From IMG/VR virus record IMGVR_UViG_3300025889_000070: a DNA stretch of 64,000 bases, one strand, 5' to 3'. Of this stretch, positions 44,810 through 57,400 are shown in pieces. A program made the position numbers and the translations under genes. The notes beneath the pieces were generated by a model. The model made no database searches. It was not told where the DNA came from and worked only from the letters and a program-made list of their open reading frames with translations. Source of the DNA: a virus (lineage: Duplodnaviria > Caudoviricetes). Each line of letters begins with the position of its first letter. Position 1 is the first letter of the stretch.

Positions 44810-44830
44810 ATGTTTTATAAACTAACAATA

Positions 44831-45493
44831 TTATAAACTTGTTAAATTAGTCAAGGTTTGAATACGAATTGTATAATCTATTTGTATCAATCTGTTCAAA
44901 CTTTTTTGTACAGGATGAAAAATAACATGAGTAAGTAACTTACCTGTGTTTACTGTTCCAATCCAGCTTTTTAAACCTAGTTCATCAAATGTATATGTGT
45001 CATTAAAATTACTAGTATTATCAAATGCTTGCTGATCATTGGGTTCGCCATAATCTAACAAGCAACTTACAACAATATCAGTGTAAACTTGGCCGCTTAC
45101 ATGACTTACTGTTAGTTTGTTTCTGCCTGAATCTGTGTTTAGGCTTGAATTATTGTCTACTACTTTGTAGTAGGTTTGATTGTAAAGGCTAGCATTTTGA
45201 CCGCTGCTATTTGCTGGTAGATATGTAATAACACCAGTGGGATCAACGTTTGTGCCGCCATTGCCAAATGCCATTTCATGAATAAAGCCAGTTGTTTTAT
45301 TTGCTACACTAAGAGCAAGTGCCTCACTCATATTTTCATAATGAATAGCATTACGCTTATTCACATATTCCTCGCCAGACTCAGGATCAAAGATACGGAT
45401 ATGCCCTTCCATAAGGACACCCCCCTGTTCTTTAAGAGGAGACTCTGGCTGGACTAGTTCTTGTTTTTCTTCCATGTCTTTATCTTCCTGCAT
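44831..45493 (-). CDS. Virion structural protein (baseplate-type)
   Basis: MAFGNGGT, FDELGL and HPVQKSLNRLIQIDYTIRIQ; located among tail genes. Confidence 0.7.
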   Translation of the reverse strand: MQEDKDMEEKQELVQPESPLKEQGGVLMEGHIRIFDPESGEEYVNKRNAIHYENMSEALALSVANKTTGFIHEMAFGNGGTNVDPTGVITYLPANSSGQNASLYNQTYYKVVDNNSSLNTDSGRNKLTVSHVSGQVYTDIVVSCLLDYGEPNDQQAFDNTSNFNDTYTFDELGLKSWIGTVNTGKLLTHVIFHPVQKSLNRLIQIDYTIRIQTLTNLTSL

Positions 45494-45499
45494 ATTATA

Positions 45500-48355
45500 C
45501 TAAACCTTTAACATACATTCAACAAGTTTTTCACCTGCGTCTGTGTTTGTTTCTAGAGCTATACCAACTCTATCTCCATCTGCTGTTGTGCTGGCTACGC
45601 CGTTATTGTCTGCTTTAACAACTTGACCCTTTTCAACTGGACCTATAACACGAACTTTAACTCGTCCAACCAACGCAACTGGGATGCCACCTTCTTGTTC
45701 ACTGTTCATTAAATAGGCTGGATTTTCACTGACTACGCCAGCTGGAACACCCAGACTATCGCAATGTGTTACTTCAAAGGATCCTCCAACCTTTAACACT
45801 GTTCCCACTGGATATCCAGCATCAGGTATGTACATTTCCGCTAAGTCAGCGTACTGTGCTTGGGTTGCTGTACCTGAGAAAAAACTGGTGGTGAGCGTGT
45901 TTGTACTTGGGTTGTAAGTAAGTCCTGTACTATCTACCTCGATGCCCTGTCCGCCGCTGGTGCCATCAACAAAGGCAATATAAACTGTTTCGTTTGTAGC
46001 AGTATTATCTGTAGTTGTTACGTTTGTTGCAGTGGTTGCAGTGGTTGCAGTGGTTGCATTACCACTTAGTGCACCACTAAATGTTGTTGCTGTAAGTGTG
46101 CCATTTGCACTGTTAAATGTAAGATTTGTTCCTGTCTTAGGAGGCAAGTTGCCGGTAGTACCAGTTACAAAAACTACATTACATGTTGTGTCTGCACTTT
46201 CATCTGCTACTGTAATGTTGGTTGCGTTAGTAGCGGTTGTTGCAGTGGTTGCATTACCACTTAGTGCACCACTAAATGTTGCTGCTGTAAGTGTACCTGT
46301 GCTTGGATTATATGTTAATCCACTGTCTTGTTTTACTGTGGTTAGTGCACCTGTTGTAGTGTCTGAAAAGTATAATAAGAAGTTTGTAGCAGTCGCTTCA
46401 TCATTTGAAACAGTTGCGCCGGCGGCTGCAAAACTTAGTGTACCTGCACCATTACTTACTAGTGCGTAACCACTAACACCAGCGTCTGCGCTTGGTAGTG
46501 TCCAGGTTACATTACTTGCAACTGTTGTTGGTGCTTGAAATGCTACCCAATTACTACTGTCTGCATCTGCAAATCTTAAATCCGACTGTGCTCGAAGTTG
46601 TACATCTGCATCAATATCTACTATACCCGATCCTGCTGTTGTTATAGATATACTCTGGTTTGTGTTTACTGTGCTTATTGCACTACCGCGAATGTGTAAA
46701 CTTGGATTATCTGTATCGCCTATCTCTAGTGCTTCTAACTGTAGTGTAGCAAGCCTAAATCCTGCGTCTGATGTATCAATAGTTGTTGAGCTACCAACAT
46801 CGCCTGCTGCGCCATAACCTGTAAACATCTTAAACTTGTTGTCACTGGCATCACGGAAGAGACCTGCGTGTGCTGGCCCATTATCGTAATAGTGTCCAAA
46901 GAAACCAATATCTACACTGTCACTTGATTCGTTATCACGAGCTAGTTTTATGAGAGGATCAGTAACATCAATCGTTGTTGCGTTAATAGTAGTAGTTGTG
47001 CCATTAACAGTAAAGTTGCCATCAACTGTTAGGTTGTTGCTAATCGTTACATCATTTGGCAGTCCAATAGTAATTTTATTTGCGGTTACAGTAGTTTGAA
47101 TTTCATTTGCAGTGCCTTCAAAGTCAATGGTATCGCCTGTTTCAACTGTGTCGTTTGATCCACTGTCTGCTTGTAGTGTAAAGATTGTTGTACCACTTGA
47201 CAGTAGTCCGTCAACATAGTTCTTAGTTGCTGCGTCTTGTGCACTAACAGGATCTGTAACGCCCTGCACTCTGTTAGTACCCATTTGTATAGTTTGACTG
47301 CCTGCAATAGTTAAACCATTTAATGTACCAACACTTGTAACGTTTGTTTGTGATGCGGTGGTTAGTGTACCTGCAACGTTTGTTGCTGTTACTGTATCTA
47401 TATATGCTTGTGACCATTCATTGCCACTTGCACCTAGTGTATATGAACTGTCAGCGTTTGGCTCTAGTTTACCATCAATAAGCACAGAACCTGTGCCATT
47501 TGGCTTTAGGATAATATCACTATTGGTACTGGTATTTTCAATAGTATTTGCTGCGCTGTTAATTTTAATATTACCAAATTCTGGCGAGCTTACTAGGCCA
47601 ATGGTTAAGTCGTTGGCATTCTGTGTTATTGTAATATTATCATCATGATTTATTGTTCTAAAATTAAACGTAACACCTGCTTTACCAGCAAAAATTTCAT
47701 TATACCCGCCTAGGTTTGCTGCTTGGTTTGCTTCGCCACCTGCTGCGCCTGGTAACTCAGCTAACTCTAATCGCATAGTGCTGGAATTCCAAACTAATCC
47801 AAAACCATTTACTTGTAAAGATAAGTCTACGTCGCTTAAATCATCTACGCTGGCGGCTGCAATTCTAGCATCTGCCCTAGCATTTGTAAAATATAGATTT
47901 GCTGAACCTTCCGGTACAACATCTGTGTCTACTTGATTAGCGCCTGTACCAAAATCAATGTGCGTGTCGTTAATACCATCTAGAAGAACACTAATTTCCC
48001 CACTGGCAATACCAATACCGCTTCCTGCTGTAAAATGTGATCTTACTTCACTTGCACTTGGGCCAGTATATGTAATAACACCAGTAGAACTATTATAACT
48101 TAAACTGCCGTCACCGCCAGCATCAGTAACACTAATAGCAGCTCTGCTTCTAGTATCTGTATAATAAAGATTGGTGTTTTCTGTAATATTATTTGTAGTA
48201 ATAGTTACAGCATTGCTAGTAGCAGTTAAACCATTAATGGTCTTAACATAATTTGCTTCAATTAGATTAGTTCTTGTGTTCAGATCAGTGAAGTTCCCGT
48301 CTAACTCTACATGGGTTAACGGAACACTTTTACTGCTTCTTAATACTATTGCCAT
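45500..48355 (-). CDS. Long tail fibre protein with C-terminal chaperone-like domain
   Basis: Gly/Thr-rich fibre repeats, PNGTG motif, DAATKNYVD, and C-terminal YADLAE...VALVGRVKVRV. Confidence 0.82.
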   Translation of the reverse strand: MAIVLRSSKSVPLTHVELDGNFTDLNTRTNLIEANYVKTINGLTATSNAVTITTNNITENTNLYYTDTRSRAAISVTDAGGDGSLSYNSSTGVITYTGPSASEVRSHFTAGSGIGIASGEISVLLDGINDTHIDFGTGANQVDTDVVPEGSANLYFTNARADARIAAASVDDLSDVDLSLQVNGFGLVWNSSTMRLELAELPGAAGGEANQAANLGGYNEIFAGKAGVTFNFRTINHDDNITITQNANDLTIGLVSSPEFGNIKINSAANTIENTSTNSDIILKPNGTGSVLIDGKLEPNADSSYTLGASGNEWSQAYIDTVTATNVAGTLTTASQTNVTSVGTLNGLTIAGSQTIQMGTNRVQGVTDPVSAQDAATKNYVDGLLSSGTTIFTLQADSGSNDTVETGDTIDFEGTANEIQTTVTANKITIGLPNDVTISNNLTVDGNFTVNGTTTTINATTIDVTDPLIKLARDNESSDSVDIGFFGHYYDNGPAHAGLFRDASDNKFKMFTGYGAAGDVGSSTTIDTSDAGFRLATLQLEALEIGDTDNPSLHIRGSAISTVNTNQSISITTAGSGIVDIDADVQLRAQSDLRFADADSSNWVAFQAPTTVASNVTWTLPSADAGVSGYALVSNGAGTLSFAAAGATVSNDEATATNFLLYFSDTTTGALTTVKQDSGLTYNPSTGTLTAATFSGALSGNATTATTATNATNITVADESADTTCNVVFVTGTTGNLPPKTGTNLTFNSANGTLTATTFSGALSGNATTATTATTATNVTTTDNTATNETVYIAFVDGTSGGQGIEVDSTGLTYNPSTNTLTTSFFSGTATQAQYADLAEMYIPDAGYPVGTVLKVGGSFEVTHCDSLGVPAGVVSENPAYLMNSEQEGGIPVALVGRVKVRVIGPVEKGQVVKADNNGVASTTADGDRVGIALETNTDAGEKLVECMLKV
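46047..46294. repeat. Intragenic ~53-bp direct repeat (46047-46099 and 46242-46294) in the tail fibre gene
   Basis: Near-identical copies encoding TLTA(A/T)TFSGALSGNATTA, 195 nt apart. Confidence 0.85.
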
Positions 48356-48381
48356 GGTGTAATCTTCTTCATCATTAATGT

Positions 48382-48389
48382 TATTTATT
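48382..48389 (-). promoter_or_regulatory. T4-late-like promoter motif AATAAATA
   Basis: Intergenic, upstream of the long tail fibre gene. Confidence 0.45.
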
Positions 48390-48407
48390 GTAGTTTATAA
48401 TATTATA

Positions 48408-51400
48408 TTATAACTCTAATTCCTCGACATAATTTGCATCAACGTATCCGTCGTCTACATATAATGGGCTTTGTAGTTCTTGGATGTAGTTAGGCAATGC
48501 TGCTTCACAGTCTTTGAGGAAGGCAGCGTTAATTGTACTTGAACTTTGCAGTCCATAACCATTTGCTGCGGTGCTCGCTCCTAAAGTATACCAGGTTTTT
48601 GTATGAGTATCTGTTGCTGGTAAACGCTGTTTATCTGTTGTGTCATAAACTTCTGTGCCTTTTAAATGCATAGGAGCCCAGCGTGTGCCCATTGTACTGC
48701 GTCTGATATTAGTTACATAGTTGTCCTCCAAACTGATTTCCCAGTATGTGATTCGCTCATTGCCAACATATAGTACACCAGGGTTGTCACTGTTAACGTT
48801 AACAAGCGGAAGTTTGGTAGCATCTTCTACATAAATTTTTGTATCCGCTGGTTTTAAATCTTTAGCAAGTTTTGTTTGTCCATCATTGCAGAGTCTAAAA
48901 TATTCGTAGTTACCCAGCATGTCGTTAACCATTCTATATCCAATAATTGGTTCAATGGTATTTTCACTAAAATGTGTTACAATAATTTCAGTATTTGCAT
49001 TAATAATTTGGCTACTTAAATCTATTCTACCATTTATATCAATAGTAAAATCACCAGCATGTAGTCTTACGCCGTCCAGTGTAATCCAAAGGTTGTTTGC
49101 GTTTGTTGGGGTTCTATCCTGAGTATATTTGTTAAGAGCAAGACCTGCTAGTGTTTCGCCATCGAAAGCCCCGCTGTCGAACCCAAGCTCATCAAACTCA
49201 TCAATGCTGGGCACAAGTTCACTGCCTTGTCCAATAAAGACCTTTGTTTGTGTTCTTAATGGATCGTGGTTATTAAATGAGGTAACGTATACTTTATCGC
49301 CAGTAGAAAAACTTACGCTATTATCTAACCTTAGTTTACCAGCATCAATATAAAACTCGTTGCTATTCTCAACACTTACAATTAAAGTGTCACCAGAATT
49401 ATAAGCACTTAGCAAATTAACTTGCCAAACAAGTGTGCTAGTTGCGTCTACAACTTGTGTGAGTGTATAATCCTGAATATTATTTAGATTTTGCGTAATA
49501 TTGTTAATTTTGTCTAGGCGTGTTACAATTATGTCTCCAACGCTGGTGTTTGCCGCTGTTTCCTGAGCAGTGCTGGGAACTCGATAAGCGACTGTACTGC
49601 CATCTAAAGTGTAATATTTACTGTTGGAGGGACGCAATCTTTCTGTACCTAGTTCTACAATGACATTACCAGTTAATGGGTTTGCAAAATCGTCATCAAA
49701 AGATTGGTCTAGGTTATAAATGTAAGTACCACTTGTTAGTGTTATTTCCTGCGTTGTGCCGTAGGTGAATGCTGGCTTGGCTACACTTCTATTACTAATA
49801 AAAGCATGCAATACACTGCCATCTGGATTGTTTGTACTTAATGTAATATTTACTCTATTGTTTTGATTGGAAATAGTGTGTGTTACCGGAACACCATCTC
49901 TGAGAACTAAACTTTGCACATAGCGGCTATACTCTACGCCTAGTGTGTATTGTACTGTACTGCCATCGCCAATAATGACTTCCTCATGTGTTATTTTTTC
50001 TCCAGTGGTTCCAAATCCATAAATGTAAATCTGTGTACCTGCTGCTGGTGTACTAGCAAAACTAATAGTCCGACCTTCATAATCTGCTGTAAAGTCAAAG
50101 ATTCTTGTACTACCCTGATACACGACCAAGTAATCTACTAATTCTTTTCTGGTTAAATTAGCATAATAAAACTTGTTACTTGTTCCGTCTGCTGTGTAAA
50201 CTCTGCTTACTGTTTTAAAACTATTTCCGTCACCTAGGAAGTCATCACTGGGATCTGTATATACTTCCATGTCCAAGTTATCAAAAACAATGCCTGGAAC
50301 AAATTCTTCTGGAGCATGACTGTTGTAAACATCTACAAACTTGCCACCGTCAATATCGATATCTTCTGGCCTGGTGCCCAGTGCCAAATCACTGAATGTA
50401 CTCTTAATAACTGTATCAAGACCACTAACAGTTGTTAAACCATCTGTGTCTATTTCAAAGTTGTCAAAACCAATTATATCGTAGGTTGCGCTGTCAAACC
50501 CGGGCTCTTTGTCAAATCCAAGACCACTTACTTTGTTCGCCAAATATCCAGTACCAGGCTGTAGTAGTTCAAGATCGTCACCTAGCATGCCTTCGCCAGG
50601 CACATAGTAGGCGCCAATTCTGTCTGCCGCGCTGCTTAAATTTTCATCAGCATAAGGAACAAGTATTATAGTACCAGTTATATCTTCCACACTAAAGGCA
50701 CTGCCACTGGTAAATCCTCCACTAGCACTAACCTGATAAACTTCCTGTATTTTAGTGTTGGTATTGTAGTAGGCAATTAGATCCTTATATACATAACTGG
50801 TATTTGCTGCCCAGTCTTTAACTATAGTGGCATAGGTAATTCTATCAAACTTTAATGTTGTATCAAACTCTCTAATCTGATCATTTTTTAGTCTTGGTGA
50901 AATATCCAGTCCAGTACCCTGCCCTGTAATAGTTAGTGTAGGTGTTTTTGTATAACCACTGCCCTTGTTTGTTACTGTTATTCTAACTATGCTGTTGCCA
51001 TTGGTAACCGCAGTAGCAGTTGCCTGCGTACCACCAGAGACATCAGGTGCACTAATAGTAAGTGTTGGGTTGTCTAAAAATCCAGCGCCAGCACTGTTAA
51101 TAACGATGCTGTCAATATAGTAAGTATAGTTTTTACTCCAGGGATTATTCAAACCCTGAGTTCTAGTTATTTCGTCTCCGCCAAAGTCACCACTGGGCTT
51201 TCTGAAATATTCTACACTGGTATCATAAAAACTGTGTAAGTCAAAGTCTGTTACATCACCTTTCCAGTTATCAGTACCATCATATTTGGCAACATACTCT
51301 CTAATTTTAGTGTGATAGGGCTTAACTTCCTCAATATATTTTTCTACAAAAGTACTATTATCAAGCTGGTAAGTTGGATACTGATCTAGATCTCTAATTT

Positions 51401-54400
51401 TATGTAAGACTCTAATAAAGCTGGTTTTGATCGTCCAGTCTGGATTACCAACATCTATTTCATGAAGTGCATACTCTATCATTCTAAAAAACAGTGTGTT
51501 GGCGTTTAGGGCTAGTGTACCTGTAAATATTTCGTTAAAAATAGCAGTAGCAATAGTCCTAACTTCCTGGTGTGGCACTCTGTCAAATTTTTCAAAGTCA
51601 AACACTCCACTATCAAATCCAATAAAACTTCCAGTATCTAAGTTAGCAAAGTCATAAATCGTATCTAGTATTCTAATGGTACCTTTTTCAATAATAACTT
51701 CTATCCATTTACTTCCATCAAATTTAAGGAAGCTGAAATTACCCTCGTCATTGCTTATAACTTTGGCTAGGTCTCCAGTTTCTGCTCCAGTAATAGTTAA
51801 CAAGTCTGGTTCAGTTGCTACAGTAAATTTTGGCAGTGTTGTATTATTATACCCAGCAGCATACCAGGTTTCATAACTCCAGTATCTTGCTGTATTATAT
51901 CCCTGAACTTTTTCTAAGAACCAAGTCCGAGTATTATCAGTGGCAACTTTTAATGAATATACTGTCCAGTCACCGCCTAGTGTTTCGTCTTTTTCTACCA
52001 GTACTTTGTATCCAGCTGGTAGTGTTAACACTGCCAGGTAGTCCCTGGTTTCTACATTTGGTACCTTTTTGTCGTAGGTTCTGGAACTTGGAAACGGATC
52101 ACTGGCAAACAAGCTAGTAAGGTTGAACTGTCTTGCTATAGGTGTAGTTAAAAATACACTGTTACAATATTTTACAAATGTCTTAAGTGCTTGTTGTCTG
52201 TTAACAAAAAGTGTCTGTCTTGGACGAACATTTATACCATATTTTTCACCAGCACTTAAAGTTTCATCAGGAACTATAGCACCCTGGCTATTAGCACCCG
52301 ACAAACTGTCAATAAGTCTTGCTTTAATATTAGCTGGTAGTGTTTGCTTTGAATCACCTTCACTAATGAGTTCGAATTCACTGTGTACAATACCTTCATT
52401 TTTTACAACATCGTAGTTAATATTTAAAACAACATTTTTATCAGCCCAGGTTTTAGACATATTGTTCATAACAAACGCATTTTTGTCAACAAGGCTTAAA
52501 TATTTTATGCCAGAACTTATTGGATTTTCAATTAGCTGTCTTACGCCTTCAGTACTAATTTGCCTGCGTTCATCATCAGGGAATGTTGTTAAACCAGATA
52601 CCCAATAATAATATTTTGTAATACTAGTGTTTGTTACACTGTTATACTGCAAACTTACGCTGTAAGCACTATCATCAGGATATTTAGGTGTTCCTGGCAA
52701 GCCGCTGTCAACATGTTGACTAGGTAATACTGAACTTTCTGTCCATTCATAAATGTCAATACTACTGCCAGGAAAGAACTGATTCCAGTGCTGAATTCTA
52801 TATGCTAAATCACCTTGTTCATACTCTATTACTCTGCAAGTACTTAAATCCCACCATAATCTGCCAACTTTTTCATTATTCCAGTTATTGTTTTCAGCAA
52901 AGGTTACACTATTAGGAATAGAGCTAACATTGTAGGCTGCAGGATCTATTGGTAAGATATAGTCTAGTTCGCCTTGTGCTAAACCAGGCAGTTTATTTTT
53001 ATAAATGTCAACAGTGTCTACAAAGTCTAATATCTGGTTTGTTGATTTATCGTAAGTAACAACTCTGTTAATTACATCAACATCTACTTTTGGTGTTTGT
53101 ACACGATGCTTGGACCATGTATCTGTATTATTTGTATTTTGGAAATAATAAAAACTTCCGGCATTTGTTAGCCAAATATTATCACTTGGACTACCAACAA
53201 ATATTCTACCCTGGTTTATAACGGCGCTGCCACCGAACTGATCAAGCTCATTTATATTTGTATTTCTTAGCTGTTGACCAAATGCAAATAATGGTTGGTT
53301 GGTAATACTTTGTGGTTTGCCAGGTACTGCGCTGCTATCAAGCAAATCATAAACATAAGCAGCGCCGCTCTGTGTAACTCTGTCAATAAATTTGGTGCTA
53401 TCATCATCAAACGTGGTTAGTGCATCATTGAACGTTAAACTTGTAGTGTTAGTGTCACGATCAAAAGCAACTGGCAGCAATGAGCTAGCTCTATCACTAG
53501 CAATAACCATTCTTTGTTTTGCTACTGAATCCTGTGGAATATGCTTATCAAATTCTACTACACGACCAAAGTTTTCATTTGCTACACCCAGTGGATGATT
53601 TATTTTTTGACTGTACTTAAAGGGTTTTACTTCTGCCAACACTCTAAAAGTATTTCCAGCGCCGGGCCTTACTTTCAGTTTTTTGTTTGGATCTTTATTT
53701 ACTGTTGTAATTTTAACTTGACCAGATGTGGTAAGACTAGCAGTTACACCAACCAGGCTAGTGCTATCATTAATAGGTGATGCAAATTTACTAGGATCAT
53801 TACTGGTGTTAAAATTCATTACAACTTCGAAATCATCTACAAATATTGTATCATTTTGATTAGTAAAAGTTGTCTTATTACTATTAGCAGTTGTTAGTTC
53901 TCCAAAACGCAGGCCTTCATCCATGAACACAAAAACGCTGCCAGTGTTTGGATTTACTTCATCTTCACCAGGACTGCCAATACTTGCTATTACACCATAG
54001 GCATCTAATCCCACGCTATAGCCAAAATTTTCACTGTCTCCTAGAGTTTGACCAGAGATCTGGGCCTGATCTATTCTTTGTATTTCAGCAAAACTTCCTG
54101 TATATACTCGGATCTTGCTTCCTGACCTGGGCTTATATCTAAAGCTAATAGTATTACCAGCAACTGTATACCTGTTTTCACTGCTATCACTATCAAAACT
54201 ACTAAATTCCCCGGTTGCTAGTTGTTGTTTTACGCCGTCTACTTCTATATAGAAATTACTGGCCAGGCTGGTGTTTGTTGTGAATTGATGTGTGGTTCCA
54301 TCGCCAGTAAATCTTTCTACTATATGATGGAATAGATATGCTTCACCAGCATTAGTAAACACTGTGCTATCACTGTTTGGTACTTCACTATATGGAGCGC

Positions 54401-57400
54401 CTACAATAATAGTTTCACCGGCCGTATCACAGTCTAGACTAAATCCAAACTGGTCTCCACTTATGGTTTCACTGCCAGTGATAGATGTTGTATAGCTATA
54501 GTAACTGCGTTTGCGAACAACTACATTAACTCCTGTTGCTGGTGCACTAGTAAATGTTAGAGTAGTTCCTGACACTGTCCAATCTTTGAATGACAGATAC
54601 TCTTTTGTATTACTATCTCTTATGAAAAGCTCGTGTGCACTAGATGAAGTATTAAGTGTAAATGCAGTTGTTAAAGAATTACCAGCAAAGGTCTGACTTG
54701 TTTCTTTTGCTGTTGGGACCTCTACTAGAGTATACACATGAACTCGGTTTTCCCCAGGAGCACCAACAAATAGATACCTGTCGTCTTTACTGATTGCTAG
54801 ACTATATCCAAACTGAGCATTTGCGCCAGGATTTTCTAATCTAATACTCTGAGTAAGATTAAACACACCAACATTATCACGCTTGTAAACAAATACATAA
54901 CCAAAACTGCCTTCACTACTGGGTGCACCAACAGCTAACCATACATTGCCTGCTGCCACACTATAACCATAAGCGTCTACACTGGTTCTTATATCCTGAG
55001 CTGTAAGTTTTGAGGCGGGATTGAATGTGCCACTTGAATCTCTGGCATAGGGATAAACAACACCAGTTGACTGTTCAGGAGCGCCACTAAACAGGTTAAG
55101 ACTATCATCAGTTATAGCAAGACTTGTTCCATTTTTACTATTACCACTACTTTCTATATTGAATATGACACTCTTGGAATCCCAGGGATTATTCTTTTTA
55201 AATACTGCCCAGTTACTTTTCTCGTCATAATCTACCCAGGCTAATTCGTTTTTCTCCCAGCCATATGGTGGTGTAAATGTAGCAATGTTACTTGTATTAG
55301 TAAATCTTGTGCTTACTAGTTTAAATATTGAAATAACAATATTAGATAAACTGTCTATTTCTGTGTCATCATCAACTCTTACAGTAAATTTGGTACTGCC
55401 TTCAGTGCTATGAATTATCTTTACACCGCCCACAATACTATTACTTGATTTTATAACAACTTTGTCATTTTTTACTAAACCGTTGGCTCTATTAGTAGTG
55501 TAGGTAATGAATCCGATACCAGGTTGCTCAATTCCAGTAACCTCAGCATTTATTTCTGTTACTCTGAAGACATCCCAATCAAAGTTGCTTTTAGCTGTCC
55601 ATATAGTTGTACCCCTACCAATACGGCTAATATCGGCTGATAATTGATCTAGATTACTGTCTAAATCAAAAATAGCAAAATCAGTGTCATCTATTCTTGG
55701 ATGGCCAGCCCCCGCAATATCTGTTTTTTTAACATTGCTAGTTCTAGTTGCAAAAATATTTTTATTATATTTGTTGGGAAGTTTAAACAAATCTTTTGGA
55801 TAATACTTCAAACCTAGATTACTACCAGAATCCCCTGTATTCAAAAGTTCAACAAAAACTTGATTTTCTTGCGCCTTAGATTCATCAACAACTAACTCGA
55901 TAACCTGGTTGCTGTCAATACTTCCAAAAGCACCAGATCTGAATCCCCATTCTTCAAATACATCTATTTCCTGATTCAGGTTAGTTAGTTCTGCTGTAGT
56001 AAGTCTGTCAATAACATTTTTAGTACCCTTGTTTCTAATCATACCCTGATAGAACTTAATTTGACTAATGTCATCCAATCCTAATTGATCTAAATACTCT
56101 CTGGCTCTAAATCCGATTTGGCCTTTAGCTGCTTTATCTGTGCTGCTTTCTAAATTTGTTTTATCAAAATCGTAAAAGTCATTAAATCTGTCTGCCTTCT
56201 GAGTTAGGTTAGGCAGTAATCCTGTACGCATATCTTCTACTAGACGCCAATTACTAAAATTGAACTTACTTTCACCAACATGATTTGTAATAGCAGCATA
56301 CAGTTTTTTGTTGTGACTTACAACTTCGCCCTTTTTATAATCTGTGTTTTCTACCCATACATCAAATTTATTTTCATTTATAATAAATCCTGGACTGTGT
56401 AATGTACCGTTCCAGGGACTGCTTTTAAACCCTACAAACTTAATTCTTGCTTGTCTATTACCAAGTTCAGGTTGATATATTACATCATTGAAAATAGTTG
56501 TATTGTCTATAACCAAATAATGTTCATACTGGATCGGATCTAGTCTAGCACTATAGATCTGATTTTTATTTTCGTCTACAGTAATTAAACTTAAATTGTC
56601 TATTCTACTTACATTATATTCTGTAGGTTTAAGTGCTTTGCTGCTAGGATTTTTAATATCTCCATTTTTGTTTACGTTGTCCAGAGTGGTTAATGGCCTA
56701 TTAATTCTAACTTCGGTGTTAGCAGGGCTAATACCAAGAACACTGCCAACACTCCAGTTTTGCTGATCCCAGAACAAAAATTCTTTTACAGCTAGAGTAA
56801 AATCCTTGGGTTCTTTATTTGAGTTAAGTGTTTCAAATTTAAATCCTTTAGCAGTCAAATATCTTTGATAAGCGATCAAAAAATCACAAACTTGTTGCTT
56901 AGATCTTATAAAAGTACCATATGGAATGTTACTAATAAAGTTTTGACTGTCTTCATATAATACCGCAGTATCAGTACCAACAGTTATAGTTCTGGTGTTA
57001 GAGGATCTAATACTTGGTATAATTTTAAAGAATGGATTATCTGTGTCAAAGCCTACAACTTCGTAACCATTTTGTTTTTTGATAATATTAACACCAGTAT
57101 AAGTAACTCTTTCAAGAGGAGTACTCTTGTTTAAAAATAGTTTTACATTTTCATCAGGAATAAAAATATTACTACTAGTACTAGTAGGGGTAGTACTTTC
57201 TATAAGAAGTTTACACTTATCTAGATTTGTAAACCCGCTAAGTGGATGGACAAGTTTGAGTTCCAAATTTTGTACTTGAGTTTGTAAATCAGTAGTGCTT
57301 AAACTTTTGAACTTAAGGTAACTTTCTAAGAACTGATTATATCCTTCAACCCTGTTTACGTTTGTTGTGGTACCAACACTGGTTCCATTAATTTTATAGT

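Noticed and set aside
46047-46294. Tail-fibre repeat as a DGR template/variable repeat pair
   Set aside because: The copies are short, both lie inside the same ORF away from the C-terminus, differences are not confined to adenines once flanks are included, and no reverse transcriptase is in the window.
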